Positions 36,313-41,278 of a stretch of DNA of 41,278 nt are shown here, in pieces. Location of the stretch: positions 1 through 41,278 of the forward strand of contig CAJNOJ010000059.1 of the NCBI GenBank assembly GCA_905250025.1, given 5' to 3'. The notes beneath the pieces were generated by a model. It saw only the letters and a list, made by a program, of their open reading frames with translations. It made no database searches and was not told where the DNA came from. The position numbers were made by a program, and so were the translations under genes. Origin of the DNA: Adineta ricciae. Its lineage: Eukaryota. Each line of letters begins with the position of its first letter. Position 1 is the stretch's first letter.

Positions 36313-36973
36313 TCAATAATGTTCTTCAATCGGATTTCCATCATCGACAAGTCCATGTTCAACCATTGCCTTTTGTCGAAGTTTTTCAATTCGCTCTTTC
36401 TTTTCTAAATCTTCTTTTTGTAATTTCAGAATTTCTTCAATTGAAACTTCAAACAGCGGAACGCGTAATGGTTTACGATAATCTAATTCACCTATGAGTA
36501 ACACATTCTCTCCTCGAATTACGAACAAACCACGGGGAATATCTGCGTATTGCTGACCAACACAAATGCGTTCGAATGCTTGATGAAGAACAAGATTCCC
36601 TTTGAAAAGAAAAAACAACAAGCATATTATGAATCATTCGATTTCTCAATGTAAATATTTAACAAATTTTCAATTATTTCAATTAAATACATGTTTAATC
36701 CATCGGTTAGAATTTCATTCGGTAAAAAGATCGTATCGAATGACATCGATCTAGATTGTGTCTCTTGATACCTACCAAACTGATCGAGACTTCGTAGGAA
36801 AGCAATTAAGGTTCGACCATCACGTAGAATAACCATTAATTGTTCTAAATATACATCGACTTCGGTTTTAGATCGGACTATTCTTTGATATTTTTCTTCT
36901 TACTGTCAATATCATCGACTAGCGTTGCGATACCGGATAAATAAAAGTCATTATTGACTATACTTATATCCAT
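36313..36973 (-). CDS. LSM1: U6 snRNA-associated Sm-like protein LSm1
   Basis: Three exons: approx 36904-36973, 36776-36844, 36313-36599. ...[62 protein letters not shown]...VSIEEILKLQKEDLEKKE is near-collinear with human LSM1 ([61 protein letters not shown]). Confidence 0.88.
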
Positions 36974-37311
36974 GATGTAGAAGAAAAGATCAAAATCTGA
37001 AAGAGAAGATTTTTAATGAACATTGTACTTTTTCTTTCGTGTGTACATTTCAAAGATTTCTTTTTCTCTTCTCGATACATCATTATTCAATCACGTCTAT
37101 AACCCTCTCCTATAGTGTCAATTAGGTTAAACATAAAACGAAAAAAACGACGAAGAAAGAGACAGACGTTCTGTGTCTTCTTCGTTAGTGCGTCGAGTCT
37201 TTTTTTTTGTGTGTTATACGTAGGCGAAAGATGTACATATAAAAAAAAAGACGACGCAAAAAAAAGTGTTAATAATATAAATTTCAATCGACAATTTGCA
37301 CTCATTCGATC
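36974..37311. promoter_or_regulatory. About 340-bp divergent intergenic region between LSM1 (minus) and the downstream plus-strand gene: putative bidirectional promoter with poly(A)/poly(T) tracts and a repeated gacgacg motif
   Basis: Seen directly: aaaaaaacgacgaagaaagagacagacg, gtctttttttttgtgtg, aaaaaaaaagacgacgcaaaaaaaagtg. The 104-aa ORF at 37115-37429 here is a low-complexity K/R-rich artefact. Confidence 0.35.
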
Positions 37312-38358
37312 ATGGGCAATTCAAGAAGTAACTACGAACGACATGAAGATGACGAACAACAACAACGAATGGTTATCGGCAAAGAATTTCGTCTTCTTCT
37401 CGGCCAACTTCGCTTATCATCGGATTTAATTAAACGACATAAGATTTTGTTTCGCAACAAACAACAGTACCATCGAGATCCGTCGTTCTCGTCATCAAAT
37501 TCAACCATAGCATCGTCGGCATCGTTTGATCAACCGAATTCAGCTGTATCATTCATTCAACTCGATATTCCGACATCGCCGCTCGATGCAAAAGAATTCG
37601 ATACTCATGCATTCATGCAGTATCTTCTTCAACAAGAATCCTATGGTAAAGAACTTTCGCATGTCTTTCGAATTCCAATTAATATAACAAAAACTCATAA
37701 GATTCGCACGAAAACATTGCCAACAATGAAAATTGCCGCTGTTTATTATGAACAGTCATGTTCAACACATGACTTGAATATTGAAATGCTCTCATTAGAT
37801 TATGAAACTGAACTGGAGCGAAAAATCGAACAGTTCAATGACAAAAATATCCTATCTATTTATATTTCAAGTAAGTTTTTAATAAACGAATTCTTTCACA
37901 ATCTATTCTTCTGTCAATTCCATTCAGAATCATCAGCCTATGTAATTTATACGAAAAGTTCATCCCTACACAGTAAATATAAACTCATACGCTCGACAAC
38001 AATGTCTAAAACAGCACTTGACAATTTTGAATGGCTTCATCCTTTTATCGACTACTCAAACTTAGGGTATCGCTTGTGCGGAATAATTCCCTTCGCGAAT
38101 TGTCCAATGGAAAACTCTCTAACTATCTATTGGATATTCGAACAAGTGGATACCAATGAAACGATTCAGTATGACTATTCTCTTATCGAATGTCAATTGA
38201 AAGTATCTTCGACTCCTAATTGGTATTCGTTACTGAATCTAATGGTCAAACAAGAATGGAAATTGGTGGCAACGTTGGATTATAATCAAAAGAAAAAGAC
38301 TAATGAACAAACCTATTTCTTATTGTTCTTTCAAAGATTGAAACATTTGCGAGGTTAG
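37312..38358 (+). CDS. Hypothetical protein with an N-terminal MGNSRS N-myristoylation-type motif; family not recognised
   Basis: ORF of 348 aa starting MGNSRSNYERHEDDEQQQ (Gly2 and Ser6 fit the myristoylation consensus). A probable 57-nt in-frame intron lies at approx 37871-37927 (gtaagt...cattcag). Removing it replaces the odd hydrophobic SKFLINEFFHNLFFCQFHSE with a single K. No known domain recognised. Confidence 0.5.
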   Translation: MGNSRSNYERHEDDEQQQRMVIGKEFRLLLGQLRLSSDLIKRHKILFRNKQQYHRDPSFSSSNSTIASSASFDQPNSAVSFIQLDIPTSPLDAKEFDTHAFMQYLLQQESYGKELSHVFRIPINITKTHKIRTKTLPTMKIAAVYYEQSCSTHDLNIEMLSLDYETELERKIEQFNDKNILSIYISSKFLINEFFHNLFFCQFHSESSAYVIYTKSSSLHSKYKLIRSTTMSKTALDNFEWLHPFIDYSNLGYRLCGIIPFANCPMENSLTIYWIFEQVDTNETIQYDYSLIECQLKVSSTPNWYSLLNLMVKQEWKLVATLDYNQKKKTNEQTYFLLFFQRLKHLRG

Positions 38359-38499
38359 AAAAAAAAAGACTTCGTTTATTATTATTATTATTATTACTTT
38401 TTCTGGAATGGTATTCGTATCAATAAAAGAAAAGAAAACAGAAAGTCAACTCGATTTTGAAAGATGAATAGACTACGGTAGTTATGTTCTGTGTTACTC

Positions 38500-40781
38500 T
38501 TAATATCGACTAATATCTCGACCGAATATATGCGTACGAACCCAATCAAACGCGAGTAATGTTTTCGTGCGTCCAGTAAACATTTCCGTGAAATAGAATG
38601 ATTTCCACAGGTAAACAGCACTACGACCTGATAATGGTTTCAAATCGAAATAATCAAGGAGCGGTTTCGAGCCAGTAAAATCGACTACAGCTTCATCACC
38701 GCCAACGTATGCTAATGAACCCATATGTTTATATTGAAATGGTGTTAAATTCTGTTGTTGAAAGTCGGTAGAATGAACATTAGAGGCTTGATTGAGAAGT
38801 TTTGCAACGTAACGACCTTCCTGAGATGCAACTTGAGCAGTTGCGGGTAATGCACGAATTTTCTGGTCAGCTTTTTCGAGAATGGAACGAAGAGTAGAAA
38901 GAGTTAAATAACCTGATTTGTTCTTATCAACTTCTGCAAAAGCATCTTCGATCTTTTTCGAAAATACTTCTAACTAGAAAGCAAACTTTCAACACTCATA
39001 AACGAGTTCTTCCTGAGAATCCTTTACCTGTGGATATTCGGCAACTTTTTTCTCCACTAAAGTTCGAAATTGTTGAATATCAAGCGCTCCTCGGTTTTGT
39101 GTATCCGCTTCTTCAAAGAGTGCTTCAATTCGATCAGCTAATTTAGCTGGCTGAATCGTAGCACAATCACCAATAGCAAATATTGATCCATCGTCGACAC
39201 CTTTTACACGTAAATATCGATCAGTGAGAAGACCCATACGATTGCTTTGAATGTTTAAACCGATGATTTCTCGGATTCTGTTTGTCAATGGTCGTGCTTT
39301 GATACCAGTTGCCCAAACTACCATAGAACATGGTATAGATTTTAGTTCGGTTGAGCCTTTGTATTGAACAACAACTTCCCGTTGTTTGACTTCTTTGACG
39401 AATGTATTCATCAACACCTCGATGTTTTCACGACGAAAATGACGTTCGGTATAATCGCTAATTTTCTTATCCTGACAAAAAAAGCAGAAGTAGATTAATA
39501 GTAATGATACGATCACAACGTATGTACGAACCATCATGGATAAGACATGATCAAGTGCTTCGATTAATGTTATTTTAACATCATTTGCGACCAAACGTGG
39601 AAAATAATGTTGAAGATCTTCGCGAACAAGATCAGCAAGCTATCATTCAATAGAACGAAGAAATAGATTATTCAAAAGAAAACATTCCAATAGACATACT
39701 TCCGCTGCAAATTCAACGCCTGTTGGTCCACCTCCAACAACAACAAAATGTAGAAGACGTTTTTTCTCCTCGACTGTTTGTGTTGGCGTCATTGCTGATT
39801 CAAATGCATCGCTAATCGCAGAACGAATACGTCGAGCATCAAGAAGTTCTTTCAGAAAATGTGCGTGCTCTTCAACTCCAGGCGTGTTAAATGTGTTATT
39901 TTCTGAACCAATCGCAACGACAAGTATATCGTATTTCATATCAAATTGTGGCCGTGTTCGAGCTGAACAAATAACATCGATCGATCTTTGTCTTTACAAA
40001 TTCAAGACCATTGTCATACCTGAATCCTTGATAATTCTTGATGAAGCACCACCTTCCCGTTTCGAAATTGGTAATATTGCTTTAACATCATCGCCACGAG
40101 ATACGTTCGAATCGCCATCTGTATTGCATGTGATTACTTTTGCTTTTGGATCGATATTAACACAATGTGCTTCGATATATTTGACTCGGGGACCAATAAG
40201 TGAACGAACCGATTCAATCACTGTTCGAGTTTCGACTGTACCAACACTTACCGAAGGTAGTAATGGCGTCATTAGAAAATAATTTCGTGGAGACACGCAA
40301 ATAACTTCGTATTTACTCGTATCGATATGTTTTAACAACGGTACAGCGCCCCAACCTAACAAAAGAAGATATTCACTCAAAATCAGATTAACAAATTCAA
40401 TCGTAACCTGTTCCAAGAACAACAATACGTTGTTTAGTTCCAAGCGTCTTATCCGAATCGCTCATTTCATGGAACCATTTATATCGTTGATACGCACGGT
40501 AAGCATAAAACGTACCGAAACCAACAACAGTCACAATAAATACATTTTTTAAACGTCGTTTTAATCGTCCGCCTGAAAATGCACAAAGGTTTTATGTGAA
40601 ACAACGCGTTTCTAGTGACACTGTTCAACATACCGAACGTTTCCTTCCCTGGTTGGTTGGAAAACCATGCCAGATTTCGTTTGATTATCGGCTTGATATC
40701 ATGAAGTTGTTTTATAGATAAATTTCGTCGTGAATTAACTGTCGATAATTGTTGTACAAATAAAGCCGAACGTGAGAACAT
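38500..40781 (-). CDS. Type II (alternative, rotenone-insensitive) NADH dehydrogenase NDH-2 with EF-hand insertion and mitochondrial presequence, about 645 aa
   Basis: Seven exons: approx 40634-40781, 40408-40572, 40020-40355, 39700-39962, 39532-39639, 39028-39471, 38500-38973. Presequence MFSRSALFVQQLSTVNSRRNL. First dinucleotide fold RIVVLGTGWGAV (spliced). Second NAD(P)H fold HFVVVGGGPTGVEFAAE. FLMTPLLPSVSVGTVETRTVIESVR. VVWATGIKARPL. GSIFAIGDCATIQ. An EF-hand-like DKNKSGYLTLSTL is inserted in the C-terminal part as in plant NDB and fungal NDE enzymes. C-terminus FDWVRTHIFGRDISRY. Confidence 0.85.
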
Positions 40782-41278
40782 GTTGTTTCCCTGAAAAAAT
40801 CAAAGTCTCTCACCTTAATCTATCAGATTCATTATTTTATATTTATATAACATAAAGGGAAGATAAAAAACACACACAATAATTAACCATTCTATTTGTC
40901 ATGCTATACATCAATCAAATGAAAATTCGACTGACATCTTTCGAGAAGCTGTTTTTCCTTATGAATGGTCAATTATATCGATTCGTTTGCTTTAGTCGAT
41001 GAACTTCGAACATTCGGAATGGCAAAATATAGTCAAGTCGGTTAGAGTACGGCACAGATAAATCGAAACTCGTTCGAAACTACCTGCTGGCACTTGTTAC
41101 TCAATGATGATTTGATTCTATTTGAACAATTCATGAAATAATACCAAAAATCATCTGCCTTTCTTGGACTGAGAGTAACAGCAAAAAATATCGATTTATT
41201 TTTAATTTGTATTTATTCAGTTCAGTAACACCGTACATGTATTTGCTATGATTGAAGTTCAATGGTTATATTAGAAAA

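Noticed and set aside
37115-37429. 104-aa ORF beginning MSIRLNIKRKKRRRKRQ
   Set aside because: It is generated by the poly(A)/gacgacg promoter region, it overlaps the start of the downstream gene in another frame, and it is pure low complexity.

Overview
This 41-kb window is eukaryotic nuclear DNA. It is AT-rich, gene-dense, and has many GT-AG spliceosomal introns, almost all only 48-72 bp long. I find 18 confident protein-coding genes plus one weak small ORF, and nothing prokaryotic: no CRISPR array, no rRNA, no convincing tRNA. By conserved motifs the genes are:
- a SUN-domain nuclear-envelope protein;
- two major vault protein (MVP) genes in inverted, tail-to-tail orientation;
- an SLC35/TPT-family transporter;
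- a single-exon class-A GPCR;
- a Disabled (Dab) PTB adaptor;
- an ACE-like M2 zinc peptidase (HEMGH);
- a DPY30-motif protein;
- HINT2 (mitochondrial histidine triad);
- CRIPT;
- PPIL3 cyclophilin;
- two FLVCR/SLC49-like MFS transporters;
- an intronless NMNAT-like nucleotidyltransferase fused to a protein kinase;
- FBXO31;
- LSM1;
- an N-myristoylation-motif hypothetical protein;
- a type-II (alternative) NADH dehydrogenase (NDH-2) with an EF-hand insert.
The most interesting observations are:
- The NMNAT-kinase fusion is a single intronless ORF joining two unrelated enzymatic domains.
- The two MVP paralogs are roughly 80% identical in protein and differ in intron number and positions, yet share a perfectly identical 132-nt tract and a second 56-nt identical tract with a further 23 of 27 matching bases. 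This looks like gene conversion.
- Two same-strand gene runs have 0-170 bp spacers, and several start codons sit directly behind a pyrimidine-rich AG acceptor. One stop codon directly abuts the next gene's ATG. This suggests SL trans-splicing and operon-like organisation.
- An alternative NADH dehydrogenase, which is rare in animals, is present.
- A 4.4-kb stretch with no ORF of 90 aa or more sits inside this otherwise very compact locus.
All coordinates were derived by hand from the sequence. Intron boundaries may be off by a few bases. Gene features are given as start-to-stop spans, with exon structure in the evidence field.
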